Assembly: GCA_963692945.1 (NCBI GenBank)
Contig: OY843585.1
Coordinates: 720,001 to 752,000, forward strand
Direction of reading: 5' to 3'
Length of the DNA: 32,000 bases
DNA from: Bdellovibrionales bacterium
GTDB lineage: Bacteria; Bdellovibrionota; Bdellovibrionia; Bdellovibrionales; UBA1609
In this document: piece by piece, positions 21,536-32,000 of the stretch
How positions within the stretch are numbered: the stretch's first letter is position 1
How the letters are laid out: the number at the start of each line of letters is the position of its first letter
The notes under the pieces: model-generated
Told to the model about the DNA's origin: nothing
The model's input: only the letters and a program-made list of their open reading frames with translations
Databases searched by the model: none
Program-made: the position numbers and the translations under genes

Positions 21536-23020
21536 GTGAAAAAAATTAGATCTTATTTTTTACATCTTTTAGTTTTACTTTTTACTTCTTTTCATTTGGT
21601 GTTAGCAGGTGGAACTTGTAAGTCGGTTTTTGATAAAAATCAACAAGGTAAGAATCCAAAAGCTGGAGAGATTGCAAAATCTCAAGAAAACATAAATAGT
21701 TTTGACACTCTTTTATTGCCCAGTGACGTTTTGATTTACGATGGAGAGAAATTTGTTGTAGAAAAAAATAAAGCTGTTGGCATACTTGATGGAAAAATTG
21801 TTTTTGTAGGAGAGCGAACCTCTTCTTTGACGGCTAAAAAAACTTATCGTTTAGATCATCATTTGCTTTCTCCAGGATTAGTAAATGCTCACACTCATCT
21901 TCCTATGTCTTTATTTAAGGGTTTGGTTGATAATTTACCTCTTAAAGTTTGGCTAGAAGATTATATTTTTCCTTTAGAAGGAGAATTAGTGAATGAGGAG
22001 TCTATTCGTATAGGAACTCGGTTGGCTGCTTTGGAATTGATTAAGGGTGGGGTCACTACATTTGCTGATATGTATTTTTACAATAGTATAATGGCTCAAG
22101 CGTTGGATCAAGCCGGCTTGAGAGGTATTGTAGGTATAGGGATTCCTAGTGTAGAGAAAGATTGGAAAGATTGGAAAAATAAATTTCTTAAATTGAGAGA
22201 GCAGTATAAAGATCATAGTAAAATTGCTTTTGCTTTGGCTCCTCATGCCCCTTATACAGTGAGTACTGAAGACTTAAGGAGTATTGCTGAATTTTCAAAA
22301 AAAGAAAAAGCACCTGTATTTATTCATGTTTCTGAAAGCCAATGGGAGATAGACGAGATTCAAAAAAGACATGGAAAAACTCCTGTTCAATATCTTCATG
22401 ATCTAGGTTTGACAGGTATTCATTCTGTATTTATTCACTCTGTTCATATCAATGAAGTGGATCGTAAAATTTTAGCAGAAACAGGAACATCTACAGTTTA
22501 TAACCCAGAAAGCAATATGAAAGTGGTGGCAGGAATTTCTCCCGTTGTGGATTTGTTAAAAGAAAAAGTTGCAGTGGGATTGGGAACGGATGGTTCTGGT
22601 TCTAACAACAATCTTAATATGTTTGAAGAGATGGGTTCAGCGGCTAGATTGCAAGCTCTTAAATATGGAGGAGTGGATTTTACAGCGATGGATGCTTTTA
22701 AAATGGCTACTATTTTGGGTGCTAAGGCTTTAGGGCTAGAAGAAAAAATTGGAACGATTGAAGTTGGTAAGTTGGCGGATTTAATTGCTATTGATATAAG
22801 ACGGGCAGAGTATATGCCTCCTTATAATCTTATTTCCCATGCTGTTTATTCTGACAATGGTGCTGGAGTTGTTTTTGTTATGACGGAAGGAGATGTTTTA
22901 ATGGAAGATCGTCAAGTCAAAACGCTTAATGAAGAAGAGATTTACAAAGAGAGTTCAGAAATAGGTCAGAAAATAGAAAAATTTATAGAATCTTTTAAAG
23001 CCAACAAGAATAAAGAATAG
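21536..23020 (+). CDS. Amidohydrolase of the MTA/SAH-deaminase (TRZ/ATZ, MtaD-like) family
   Basis: Metal-binding VNAHTHLPMS, HVSES, GTDGSGSNN. GTG start at 21536 gives a ~55-aa hydrophobic N-terminal extension. An in-frame TTG about 59 codons downstream would give an enzyme of typical length. Confidence 0.8.
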   Translation: MKKIRSYFLHLLVLLFTSFHLVLAGGTCKSVFDKNQQGKNPKAGEIAKSQENINSFDTLLLPSDVLIYDGEKFVVEKNKAVGILDGKIVFVGERTSSLTAKKTYRLDHHLLSPGLVNAHTHLPMSLFKGLVDNLPLKVWLEDYIFPLEGELVNEESIRIGTRLAALELIKGGVTTFADMYFYNSIMAQALDQAGLRGIVGIGIPSVEKDWKDWKNKFLKLREQYKDHSKIAFALAPHAPYTVSTEDLRSIAEFSKKEKAPVFIHVSESQWEIDEIQKRHGKTPVQYLHDLGLTGIHSVFIHSVHINEVDRKILAETGTSTVYNPESNMKVVAGISPVVDLLKEKVAVGLGTDGSGSNNNLNMFEEMGSAARLQALKYGGVDFTAMDAFKMATILGAKALGLEEKIGTIEVGKLADLIAIDIRRAEYMPPYNLISHAVYSDNGAGVVFVMTEGDVLMEDRQVKTLNEEEIYKESSEIGQKIEKFIESFKANKNKE

Positions 23021-23105
23021 TTTTTAGAACTTTCAGTTATTTTGAATAGAAAACATTTCTAAATTTTTAGAAGTTCATTCCATTTATAGGGAGTGAATCT
23101 CTTCA

Positions 23106-23651
23106 CTAATGGCATGTGTGAAAGGTAAAATTGCAATTTCCTCCAGAGACACCAGATTTGCCATTGTGTGATGACCCTCCTGCACTATCAATGCAAACTC
23201 TCAATGTTACTCTGTTAGTTCCTTGGAATCCAAGTTTTTGATATTCTTTTTTTATGGAATTTGGACTTACTATAACGCACCATTTTGAAGGGTCTGAAGT
23301 GTTGCTAAGTGTATAATAAGAGTCGATAAATATATGAAAGGTAAAGAAGTTTTTTTCTTTGAAAAGTTTGTCCTTTGCCTTGTTAATTGTGTCCAAGGTA
23401 GTTAGATTGATATAGCCTTTATAGGCTTGAGTGGACATAACAGATTCTTGGACTATTAAAACGTTTGATAGTATTTTTTGAACAAGAGATGCATTTTTGT
23501 ATTTTTGATAGGAAGGAATAGCAATAGCCGTTAAAAGACCTATAATCGCTATAGTTGCAAGCATCTCCATGAGAGAAAATCCTATGTTTTTGGGATTCAT
23601 TTTTAAAAATGAAATGGATTTTTTGTCCGTTGAAACAAAGTTTGCTTTCAT
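23106..23651 (-). CDS. Type IV pilin-like protein
   Basis: ...MNPKNIG|FSLMEMLATIAIIGLLTAIAIPSY class III signal with Glu5. 181 aa from the first ATG; the true start may be the internal MNPKNIG. Confidence 0.8.
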   Translation of the reverse strand: MKANFVSTDKKSISFLKMNPKNIGFSLMEMLATIAIIGLLTAIAIPSYQKYKNASLVQKILSNVLIVQESVMSTQAYKGYINLTTLDTINKAKDKLFKEKNFFTFHIFIDSYYTLSNTSDPSKWCVIVSPNSIKKEYQKLGFQGTNRVTLRVCIDSAGGSSHNGKSGVSGGNCNFTFHTCH

Positions 23652-23847
23652 GAAATCTCCTTCTGGTTTGCGACTTAATGATCACTTTTTTAGTGATAGC
23701 TATAAATATTATATATCATAATAAATTTAAACTTCTATTGTTTTTTATTTGTTGTTTTGTAAGTTTTAATATATAGGTCAGTTTTGTAAGAGGAACGCTT
23801 TCTCAAATCCAAAAAAGAGCAGATATTGTTTTAAAAGTGCAAAAATG

Positions 23848-23941
23848 AACTGCAAAAGATTAAAACCGAGAAGGGCAAAAGAGGTTCAAACACTAACTGC
23901 AAAAGATTAAAACCGAGAAGGGCAAAAGAGGTTCAAACACT
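23848..23941 (+). repeat. 47-bp tandem repeat x2, immediately upstream of the resB/ccsB start codon
   Basis: aactgcaaaagattaaaaccgagaagggcaaaagaggttcaaacact occurs at 23848 and 23895. The ATG is at 23944. Confidence 0.93.
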
Positions 23942-23943
23942 AT

Positions 23944-25299
23944 ATGAAAAACATTTTACAATTTATTTATGATTTTTTTATATCTTTAAAACTGGCTGTT
24001 TTTACTTTATTATTACTGGCTTTTTCTACAGCCATTGGAACTTTTATAGAGTCCAAATACAATCAAGAAATAGCGAACAAATGGATTTACCATTCTTGGG
24101 TGATGATGATCATTCTCTCTCTTTTGGCTATCAATTTATTTTTTGTTTTAATTGATCGTTGGCCTTGGAAAAAACGACAAATTGGTTTTGTTCTGGCTCA
24201 TATAGGAATTTTGATGATGATTCTTGGTTCTGTAATGACCAGATACTTTGGGATAGATGCTGTGTTGAGCGTAACAGAGGGGCAGAGTACTTCTGTTATG
24301 AGGCTTCCAGAAAGACAGATTAAAATTTATTCCTCCTTTGATGGTTCTAAATTCACTCTTTTGTATGAAAAAGATATTGATTTTTTCTTTCAGCGACCAA
24401 CTGAGAAAACCCCCTATAATGTTTTAGTGGCGGATGAGATTTTTCATATAGACAAGTATATGCCTTATGGGAATCCTCGTGAAAATTATAAAAAAAGTTT
24501 AACAGGAGGAGAACCAGCCGTTCGGTTTTATTTGGAAGGGAGAATGGGAAAGTTTGTAGATTGGATTCAAATTGAAAAAGGAAAAAAAACCATCACAAAA
24601 ACCATGGGACCTGTTTTTATCACTTTGACAAAAAATAGAAACTACCAAAAGCAAAAAAAGAAGGAGATGATTTTGTTTGTTGAAAATAATAAATTATTTT
24701 ATTCTTTATTTTCTTCTTTGAAAAAAAGAATTAAAGTTGGAGAGGTCTTTCAAACTCAATGGATGGATTTTAAGTTTCGTCTTATTGAGTTTTTTCCAAA
24801 ATCTAAAAAAGAATTTATTTTTTATCCTCAAAAAACCCCTACAGAAAACACACTGCAAGCCATTCAAGTTCGTTACCAGGGTAATTCCTCTTGGATTGGT
24901 GAAAACTCTTACACTCGTTTTTATACAAAGGATCGTGTTTATGCTTTTGGTTATCTTAATAAGACCAAATCTCTTGGGTTTGATTTGAAGTTGATAGATT
25001 TTCGCAGAACGAAGTATCAAGGAAGTGAAAAAGCCAAAACTTATGAGAGTGAGGTGGAGATTTTAGGAGAAACAAAAGTTATTTCTATGAATGAACCTTT
25101 AAAGTATGGAGGTTATACCTTTTATCAATCTAGTTTTGAGGAAAATGAAAGGGGAGAAGCAAAAACTTCTATTTTTTCTGTCAATCGTGATCCCGGACGA
25201 ATTGTAAAGTATGTAGGTGCTTTTCTCATTGTTGTAGGTATTGCTTTGTTATTTTTGAAGCGAAAGATTTTTGGTTTAAAGAAAAAAATAACAATTTGA
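23944..25299 (+). CDS. ccsB: Cytochrome c biogenesis protein ResB/Ccs1 (System II)
   Basis: 451 aa. N-terminal FISLKLAVFTLLLLAFSTAIGTFIE. TM segments flank a large periplasmic domain. C-terminal YTFYQSSF...FSVNRDPG motif. Confidence 0.85.
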   Translation: MKNILQFIYDFFISLKLAVFTLLLLAFSTAIGTFIESKYNQEIANKWIYHSWVMMIILSLLAINLFFVLIDRWPWKKRQIGFVLAHIGILMMILGSVMTRYFGIDAVLSVTEGQSTSVMRLPERQIKIYSSFDGSKFTLLYEKDIDFFFQRPTEKTPYNVLVADEIFHIDKYMPYGNPRENYKKSLTGGEPAVRFYLEGRMGKFVDWIQIEKGKKTITKTMGPVFITLTKNRNYQKQKKKEMILFVENNKLFYSLFSSLKKRIKVGEVFQTQWMDFKFRLIEFFPKSKKEFIFYPQKTPTENTLQAIQVRYQGNSSWIGENSYTRFYTKDRVYAFGYLNKTKSLGFDLKLIDFRRTKYQGSEKAKTYESEVEILGETKVISMNEPLKYGGYTFYQSSFEENERGEAKTSIFSVNRDPGRIVKYVGAFLIVVGIALLFLKRKIFGLKKKITI

Positions 25300-25400
25300 A
25301 TCTTTGGATGGCTTATATTAGGATGAGAAATATTTTATTTATCAAAATAAATTAGGTTAGCGATGTATCCAGTGAAAATACATAAAGAAAAATCAACATT

Positions 25401-27023
25401 ATGAAAATGAAAATTTTATTATTATTTTTGTTTTTCTCTTTTTTTGGAGGAGTGAGTAACGGATGGGCTGATAAAGGGAGTCCTTGGAAGAGTTTAGCGA
25501 TTCAGCACAATGGGAGAGTGAAACCTTTTGATACTTTTTCTCGTGAGATTTTGAGAACAGTTTATGGTCGGGAATCTTTTGAAAAACGATCTGCTGTTGA
25601 TGTTGTTTTATCTTGGTTAATCATTCCTGATTATTGGGAGAAACATAGATTTATTCTTATTGAGAAAAATGTTTTAAAAAAATCTCTTGGTTTGAATGAA
25701 AAATTAAAAAGATTTTCTCCTGAAGATTTAAAAACCAATCAAAAATTTGCTTTGCAACTGACAGAGTTGCAGTCTCTTAGGCAGAAAAAAGAATCATTAG
25801 ATGATCACTTTAAAAGTCTTGAAAGTCTGGAAACTAAACTCATTCTTTATGAGTCCATTAAGACATCCTGGCTTTTAAGAGTATCTCCTCAACAGGGTCA
25901 AACGCGTTGGCTGTCTCCTTCTGAAATGAAAGGAGAACCTCTCAAGAAATTTCAAAAAGTTGTGGAGAGTTACATTCAATGGGTTTCAGAAAAATCTAAT
26001 AAGGATGAACATCCAAAAGATTTGGAAGCCTCTCTTGAAGATTTTAAAACTTCTGTTTTTGTAGGAGGTTTGGACAAATGGTATAGTGAAACAAAAATTC
26101 AAGTTGAGATTTTTTACAATGCATTGAAGCCTTTTAAAGTAGCCGCTCTTTTTTATTTCTTGTTTCTTCTAGTTATTTTTATGTTATTTTTGCTCAAGCG
26201 TATTTCTTTAATGACTTGGTTTTTGCCTTTAGTTGCTCTTGGGTTTTTAAGTCATAGCTTAGGCATGATTTTAAGGTCTTATATTATGTCTCGTCCTCCC
26301 GTTTCTAATATGTATGAAACCGTCTTGTGGGTTCCTTGGGTGGCTCTGATTGCAGGTTTTATTTTTTACTTACAAAAATTGCGATTGGTGTTTGTAGCCA
26401 GTGTGATACTGGCTTTCTTTTGTCTATTCCTAACCAATACAGCTCCTCAAATTTTAGACAGTAGCTTGCAACCTTTGGAAGCTGTTTTGAGATCTTCTTT
26501 TTGGTTGAGCACCCATGTTTTGATTATTACTATGAGTTACTCTTTTTTCTTTTTAGCTTTTGTTTTAGGAGACATGGGTTTGATCTATTATATTTCTCAT
26601 AAAACAGATAAGCTAAAACTGGTAAAGAAGATGTTTCAACCCATTTATCGTTCTATTCAGTGGGGGGTGATTTTATTGATGGCAGGGACTATTTTAGGTG
26701 CTATTTGGGCAGACTATTCTTGGGGAAGATTTTGGGGTTGGGATCCCAAAGAATCTTGGGCTCTCATTAGTTTACTATCTTATCTTGCCTTGCTTCATGG
26801 ACGCTTTATTGGCTTGGTAAAAGCCTTATCTTTTTCTGTTGCCTCTGTTTTAATGTTTTTTTTGGTTGTTATGGCCTGGTATGGTGTGAATTTTATACTC
26901 GGAAAAGGCTTACATTCCTATGGTTTTGGTTCTGGCGGTATTGAATATGTAGGGGGATTTTTTGCTGGACATATTCTTTTGTGCGGAGTGATTGCTCTTC
27001 AGCATTTTAAATCTTCTAACTAA
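25401..27023 (+). CDS. ccsA: Cytochrome c-type biogenesis protein CcsA/ResC with a long N-terminal periplasmic extension
   Basis: The Trp-rich haem-handling motif WGRFWGWDPKESWA, multiple TM helices, and position immediately after ccsB. Confidence 0.88.
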   Translation: MKMKILLLFLFFSFFGGVSNGWADKGSPWKSLAIQHNGRVKPFDTFSREILRTVYGRESFEKRSAVDVVLSWLIIPDYWEKHRFILIEKNVLKKSLGLNEKLKRFSPEDLKTNQKFALQLTELQSLRQKKESLDDHFKSLESLETKLILYESIKTSWLLRVSPQQGQTRWLSPSEMKGEPLKKFQKVVESYIQWVSEKSNKDEHPKDLEASLEDFKTSVFVGGLDKWYSETKIQVEIFYNALKPFKVAALFYFLFLLVIFMLFLLKRISLMTWFLPLVALGFLSHSLGMILRSYIMSRPPVSNMYETVLWVPWVALIAGFIFYLQKLRLVFVASVILAFFCLFLTNTAPQILDSSLQPLEAVLRSSFWLSTHVLIITMSYSFFFLAFVLGDMGLIYYISHKTDKLKLVKKMFQPIYRSIQWGVILLMAGTILGAIWADYSWGRFWGWDPKESWALISLLSYLALLHGRFIGLVKALSFSVASVLMFFLVVMAWYGVNFILGKGLHSYGFGSGGIEYVGGFFAGHILLCGVIALQHFKSSN

Positions 27024-27106
27024 AGGTCTTAGTTCTAGAACTTCAATGGGTTTTTGTTTGCCATTTTTCTAAGTATAAAGTAACCCTTTTTTAAATAGAG
27101 GATAAC

Positions 27107-27706
27107 TTGATTCATTTAAAAAAAGATATTTTGAAAAGAAAAATAACGGGAGCTTTAGTGTTATCTCTCTTTTTCATCTCATTGGCTCTTTTCATCTATT
27201 TGATTACAAATAATAAAATCAGTTTGTTCTACAATGATGGCTATCAACCAGATCAACCTCTTCCTTTTTCTCATAAAGTGCATGCTGGTCAATATAAAAT
27301 AGATTGTCTCTACTGTCATACAGGTGTTGAATCGACTCGCCATTCTACAATTCCAAGTTTAAATGTATGTATGAATTGCCATAGAACTGTAAAGACAGAG
27401 AGTCCTTGGATTAAAAAATTATCAGAGGCTTTCAATGAGGGGAAACCTGTTGCTTGGAAGAAAGTTCATCTTTTACCTGATTTTGTGAAGTTTTCTCATT
27501 TTCACCATATTAAAGCCGGTAAAGATTGTAAAACCTGTCATGGTTCTGTTGAAAATATGGAAAAAGTTTCGCAATATAAAAGTTTATCTATGGGTTGGTG
27601 TGTGAATTGTCATCGTCAAGCTCCTAACGATGGGAAAGTGTTGAAGGATTTAAAATCTAAGAATCATCAACAAGCTCCTATCAATTGTTCAACTTGTCAT
27701 TATTGA
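27107..27706 (+). CDS. actA: Alternative complex III subunit ActA (membrane-anchored pentahaem cytochrome c)
   Basis: Five CxxCH motifs (CLYCH, CMNCH, CKTCH, CVNCH, CSTCH), an N-terminal TM anchor, and a TTG start preceded by AGAGGA. Confidence 0.85.
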   Translation: MIHLKKDILKRKITGALVLSLFFISLALFIYLITNNKISLFYNDGYQPDQPLPFSHKVHAGQYKIDCLYCHTGVESTRHSTIPSLNVCMNCHRTVKTESPWIKKLSEAFNEGKPVAWKKVHLLPDFVKFSHFHHIKAGKDCKTCHGSVENMEKVSQYKSLSMGWCVNCHRQAPNDGKVLKDLKSKNHQQAPINCSTCHY

Positions 27707-27723
27707 TGAAGAGGTATTGAAAA

Positions 27724-30720
27724 ATGGATCATGAAAAAAAATATTGGTTAAGTTTAAAGGATCTTTCAGAGGATAAAGATTTTAAAAAATCTTTACAAAA
27801 TGAATTTGTATCTCCTTTACCTTCTATAGAGGATGTAAGTTCTTCTCGTCGTGAATTTTTACAGATTATGGGAGCCGGTTTGGCTTTGACAACAACGGCT
27901 TGTTTAAAGAGACCAACAGAGAAAATCATTCCCTATGTGAACCGTCCAGAAGATATCATTCCTGGTGAATCCAATTATTATGCCTCTTCCTATCATGATG
28001 GGGGAGAGGGGTTTTCTATTCTTGTGAAAACAAGAGAGGCTCGCCCTATTAAGATTGAACCAAACCAAGAGGCAAAACTGCTAAATTCTAAGGGGCTGTC
28101 TCCAAGGGCTCACGCACATATTTTAAGTCTTTATGACCCTGAGAGAATAAAGGGACCTAAGCAAAATCTTTTTAATGATAAAAAAACAAATAAAGAAACC
28201 ATCAATATTTCTTATAAAAAATTAGATTCTCTTCTTGTTGAAGAATTTAAAAAAGGACAAGTGGCCCTTTTAACTCCAAGGTTGCCTTCTCCTTCTGTTC
28301 AAAATCTAATAACGGATTTCAAAAAGACATTTAAAACCAAACATTATGTTTGGGATCCTATTTCTATGGAAGATGTTGTAGAGGCTCAAAAGTTGTCTTA
28401 TGGTTCTTCTTTTGTTCCAAGTTATAATATCTCTAAAGCGAGATTTATCCTTTCATTGAATTGTGATTTTTTAGGAACTTATTTATCGCCAACAGATTTT
28501 CAAAAACAATTTGCATTCACTCGTCGTCCTAGTAAAAACATGAGTCGTTTGGTTGTGTTGGAATCTCTTATGACTTTAACAGGTTCTAATGCAGATGAAA
28601 GGCATCGTCTTAGTTCTGTAGATCAAATGTCTGTTCTTACCTTTTTAGCGAATGCACTTTCTAAAAAATCTTATATCTCTCTTCCTGAAAAAGCGAAAAA
28701 AATTATAGATAGTTATAAAAACTCTTGGTCTCATCTTAAAATTTCAACTGATAAAATAGAAGAGTGGGCCGATCATCTTGGAAGTAATAAAGGTCAATCT
28801 TTGATTCTTTCTGGTGGGCTTCGTTCTCAAACTAAAAATTCTAAAGAAGTTTATATTTTAGTGAACTTTTTAAATTCAGCATTAAAAAATGATGGGAAGA
28901 CAGTGAACCACTCTCAACATTTTCCTTATGAGTTTGGTTCTTACTCTCAAATGAATCAGTTCCTTTCTGATGTCAAAAAGGGTCAAATCAAATCCGTTGT
29001 TATTCATAAATTAAATCCTCTTTACTCCTATCCTGAAAAAGACAAACTTCTTTCTGCTTTAAAAAAGATTCAAGTTGTTTATACGGGAGATCGTATTGAT
29101 GAGACAGGATTTTATGCAAATTATGTTGTTCCCGACTCTCATGATTTAGAAAAGTGGAGTGATTGGGAGTTTAAGAAAAATACATTTACAATACAACAGC
29201 CAACCATTCGTCCTCTCTATAATACAAGAGCTTTTGAAGACAGTTTATTGACTTGGATCAAGTTATCAGGATTAAAAAAAGTACAGGTAGAAAATTTTTA
29301 CCAGTATATCAAAACCTATTGGAAGTCTAAAAAAGGAAGTTCATTTTGGAATTCTTTTTTGAAAAAAGGGATTACGGGTTCCAACAAAGAGTCCACTTCC
29401 GTTACAAGGGCTTTTCGTTCCTCGGCATGGAGTTTTATTAAAAAGGATAGAAAGACTTCTCAAAAATACACTCTAACTCTTTATGAAACCTCTGGTTTGA
29501 AGCAAGGAGATTTAGCAAATGTAGCTTGGCTTCAAGAGTTTCCTGACCCTGTTACAAAAATCTGTTGGGACAATTACATTTGTGTAAGTCCTTCTATGGC
29601 TTTAAAAGAGTCTTTTAAAGAGGGACAAGTTCTTAGAGTTCATTCTAATGGGAATGTTTTAGAAGTTCCTATCCATATTCAACCAGGACAAGACGATCAC
29701 ACTTTGGCTTTAGCGATAGGTTACGGACATACAAAAACAGGTGTTGTTGCTAATCAATCGGGAGTTAATGCTTATCCTCTGGCTCTTCAAAATACTTTTT
29801 CTGGATTAGAAGTTTCTTTTGAGAAAACCAAAGTTGTAAAACCTCTTGCCAATGTTCAAGGTCATCATTCTATGGAAGGAAGAGATATTATTATAGAAAC
29901 AACTTTAGAGGAGTTTAAAAAAGATTCTTCTTCAGGGCTGCATAAACATCATAAAGTTCCAAGTCTTTGGCCAAAACATAAATACAAAGGTCATAAGTGG
30001 GGAATGGTTATTGATTTAAATAGTTGTAATGGTTGTGGAACTTGTATGGTGGCTTGTCAGTCTGAAAACAATATACCAACGGTTGGTAAAAAATATGTTT
30101 TAGAAGGTCGTGAGATGCACTGGATCAGTGTGGATCGTTATTATACAGGGACGGCAGAAGATCCTTTAGCAGTTCATCAACCAAGAGTGTGTATGCATTG
30201 TGATAATGCTCCTTGTGAAACAGTTTGTCCTGTGATGGCTACTGTTCACAGTGATGAAGGGACAAATGATATGATTTACAATCGTTGTGTAGGGACTCGT
30301 TATTGTTCCAACAACTGCCCTTATAAAGTCAGACGATTCAATTGGTTTAATTATGAAAAGAAGTTTAAAGAACCTTTAAATCTTGTTCTTAATCCTGATG
30401 TCACTGTCCGTTCTCGTGGTGTTATGGAAAAATGTACTTTTTGTATTCAAAGGGTGCAGGAGGGGAAAGCACAAGCTAAAAAAGAAGATCGTAATTTAAA
30501 AGATGGAGATATTCAAACCGCTTGTCAGCAATCTTGTCCAGCCGATGCTATTGTTTTTGGTGACTTAAATGACCCTCATTCCAAAGTGAGCCAAGTTTTT
30601 AATGCTAAAAACAGTTATGGTTTATTAGATGAAATGTTAAATACAAAACCGTCTGTTAAATATCGTACAAAAGTTCGTAATAAAAAAAAGTCAATACACT
30701 CTAAAAAAGGACACCATTGA
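27724..30720 (+). CDS. actB: Alternative complex III subunit ActB (molybdopterin-oxidoreductase-like domain fused to a 4Fe-4S ferredoxin domain)
   Basis: 998 aa. Tat signal [19 protein letters not shown]-terminal Fe-S motifs [41 protein letters not shown]. Confidence 0.88.
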   Translation: MDHEKKYWLSLKDLSEDKDFKKSLQNEFVSPLPSIEDVSSSRREFLQIMGAGLALTTTACLKRPTEKIIPYVNRPEDIIPGESNYYASSYHDGGEGFSILVKTREARPIKIEPNQEAKLLNSKGLSPRAHAHILSLYDPERIKGPKQNLFNDKKTNKETINISYKKLDSLLVEEFKKGQVALLTPRLPSPSVQNLITDFKKTFKTKHYVWDPISMEDVVEAQKLSYGSSFVPSYNISKARFILSLNCDFLGTYLSPTDFQKQFAFTRRPSKNMSRLVVLESLMTLTGSNADERHRLSSVDQMSVLTFLANALSKKSYISLPEKAKKIIDSYKNSWSHLKISTDKIEEWADHLGSNKGQSLILSGGLRSQTKNSKEVYILVNFLNSALKNDGKTVNHSQHFPYEFGSYSQMNQFLSDVKKGQIKSVVIHKLNPLYSYPEKDKLLSALKKIQVVYTGDRIDETGFYANYVVPDSHDLEKWSDWEFKKNTFTIQQPTIRPLYNTRAFEDSLLTWIKLSGLKKVQVENFYQYIKTYWKSKKGSSFWNSFLKKGITGSNKESTSVTRAFRSSAWSFIKKDRKTSQKYTLTLYETSGLKQGDLANVAWLQEFPDPVTKICWDNYICVSPSMALKESFKEGQVLRVHSNGNVLEVPIHIQPGQDDHTLALAIGYGHTKTGVVANQSGVNAYPLALQNTFSGLEVSFEKTKVVKPLANVQGHHSMEGRDIIIETTLEEFKKDSSSGLHKHHKVPSLWPKHKYKGHKWGMVIDLNSCNGCGTCMVACQSENNIPTVGKKYVLEGREMHWISVDRYYTGTAEDPLAVHQPRVCMHCDNAPCETVCPVMATVHSDEGTNDMIYNRCVGTRYCSNNCPYKVRRFNWFNYEKKFKEPLNLVLNPDVTVRSRGVMEKCTFCIQRVQEGKAQAKKEDRNLKDGDIQTACQQSCPADAIVFGDLNDPHSKVSQVFNAKNSYGLLDEMLNTKPSVKYRTKVRNKKKSIHSKKGHH

Positions 30721-30722
30721 TT

Positions 30723-32000
30723 ATGGAAAGAGAGCCTTTAGTTTTAGGTCGTAAATCTCTCAAGCAAGTTACAGAGGATGTATCTAAACTTGTAGAGACG
30801 GTTCCAGGAATTAAGTTTTTTGGATTCTTCCTTTCTGTAAAAATGTTATTTCTTTTTTATATTGGAATTTTGGTAGCCATAGTTTCTGTTGGAATGGGGC
30901 TTATGGGTGTGAATCATCCTGTCGCATGGGGAACAGATATTATCACTTTTGTTTTTTGGATTGGTATTGGTCATGCGGGAACATTGATTTCTGCTATTTT
31001 ATTTTTGTTTCGTCAAAAATGGAGAACTTCTATTGCTAGAACGGCTGAGGCAATGACAGTATTTGCAGTTTTAACCGCTGCCGTTTTTCCCGTTTTACAT
31101 CTTGGTCGTCCTTGGTTTTTTTATTGGTTTCTGCCTTATCCTAATCAAAGAGGGTCTCTTTGGATCAATTTTCGTTCTCCTTTAACTTGGGATGTGTTTG
31201 CTATTTCTACTTACGCTCTAGTTTCTATTTTGTTTTGGTATATTGGAATGGTTCCTGATTTAGCGGCTTTAAGAGATAGAGCAAAACATAAATTTCGTAA
31301 AGTATTTTATGGTTCTCTTTCTTTAGGTTGGAGAGGAACAGGTAGAAACTGGAGTCACTATGAAATGGTGTATCTTTTGTTAGCTGGTTTATCTACACCT
31401 TTAGTGCTTTCTGTTCATAGTATTGTGTCTTTTGATTTTGCAACGGCTGGTTTGCCAGGTTGGCATGCTACTATTTTTCCTCCTTATTTTGTAGCAGGAG
31501 CTATTTTTTCTGGTTTTGCTATGGTTGTAACTCTCATGTGTTTAGTGAGAGCCTTTATTCCTCAATTTAAAGATTATATCACTTTAAACCATATGGAGAA
31601 TATGAATAAAATCATTATGGTTACAGGTATGATGGTTGGTTATGCTTATGCTTCCGAGTTTTTTATGGCTTGGTATTCTGGTTCTTCTTATGAACAGTAT
31701 GCTTTTTTAAATAGAGCTTTTGGTCCTTATTGGTGGTCTTATTGGATTATGGTTACTTGTAATGTTATTATCCCTCAGTTTTTTTGGTTCCGTTGGTTTA
31801 GAAGAAATATAAAAGCGATGTTTATTATTTCTATTCTTGTGAATTTGGGTATGTGGTTTGAAAGATATGTCATTATCGTCACTTCTTTACATAGAGATTT
31901 TTTACCAGCTAACTGGGGACTTTTTAAATTAACCTTTTTTGATTTTGGAGCTTTAATTGGAAGTTTTGGAATGTTTTTATTTCTATTTCTTATTTATATT
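30723..32000 (+). CDS. actC: Alternative complex III subunit ActC (NrfD/PsrC-like polytopic membrane protein), 3'-truncated by the window end
   Basis: ATG at 30723, 2 nt after the actB stop. The frame is open for 426 codons to position 32000. NrfD-like [18 protein letters not shown] and multiple TM helices. It is absent from the ORF track because it has no stop in the window. Confidence 0.85.
   Translation, partial: MEREPLVLGRKSLKQVTEDVSKLVETVPGIKFFGFFLSVKMLFLFYIGILVAIVSVGMGLMGVNHPVAWGTDIITFVFWIGIGHAGTLISAILFLFRQKWRTSIARTAEAMTVFAVLTAAVFPVLHLGRPWFFYWFLPYPNQRGSLWINFRSPLTWDVFAISTYALVSILFWYIGMVPDLAALRDRAKHKFRKVFYGSLSLGWRGTGRNWSHYEMVYLLLAGLSTPLVLSVHSIVSFDFATAGLPGWHATIFPPYFVAGAIFSGFAMVVTLMCLVRAFIPQFKDYITLNHMENMNKIIMVTGMMVGYAYASEFFMAWYSGSSYEQYAFLNRAFGPYWWSYWIMVTCNVIIPQFFWFRWFRRNIKAMFIISILVNLGMWFERYVIIVTSLHRDFLPANWGLFKLTFFDFGALIGSFGMFLFLFLIYI

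Noticed and set aside
1-32000. tRNA, rRNA, tmRNA or other structured RNA genes
   Set aside because: No GC-rich cloverleaf-like segments or T-loop (GTTCGAATC-like) motifs were found in any intergenic region on visual scanning. A covariance-model scan (tRNAscan-SE, Infernal) would be needed for certainty.

Overview
This is an AT-rich bacterial chromosomal window (about 30% GC by eye, not computed). The gene content suggests a Gram-negative, possibly Bdellovibrionota/Oligoflexia-like organism, but taxon assignment is a weak inference. I see four blocks. (1) 1-4.3 kb holds housekeeping genes: map, ahcY and hflX. (2) About 4.4-16.3 kb looks accessory or defence-like. It holds an orphan ParA-like ATPase, several secreted or repeat-containing hypothetical proteins, a BglII-like type II restriction-modification pair, and a translationally coupled DUF2188 + zinc-ribbon/RES-domain operon. 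(3) 16.3-23.7 kb is a cell-surface block with four prepilin-type (GFSLIE-class) genes, two signal-peptide ankyrin-repeat proteins, a Cache-domain lipoprotein and an amidohydrolase. (4) 23.9-32.0 kb holds System II cytochrome c maturation genes (ResB/CcsB, CcsA) followed by the start of an alternative complex III operon (ActA, ActB, partial ActC). The most unusual signal is structural. Nearly every intergenic region carries young tandem or dispersed repeats, and at several loci the repeat unit begins inside the 3' end of a CDS and re-copies its stop codon (map, hflX, the 9595-10545 gene, the Cache lipoprotein). Orphan copies of gene tails also sit next to unrelated genes. Other leads are a G10 homopolymer that separates an upstream ATG from the body of a His-rich pilin-like gene (candidate phase variation), the non-canonical DUF2188-RES module, and an internally deleted pilin paralogue. 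I found no rRNA, tRNA, CRISPR array, transposase or integrase. All protein family calls come from motif recognition by eye, with no database searches.
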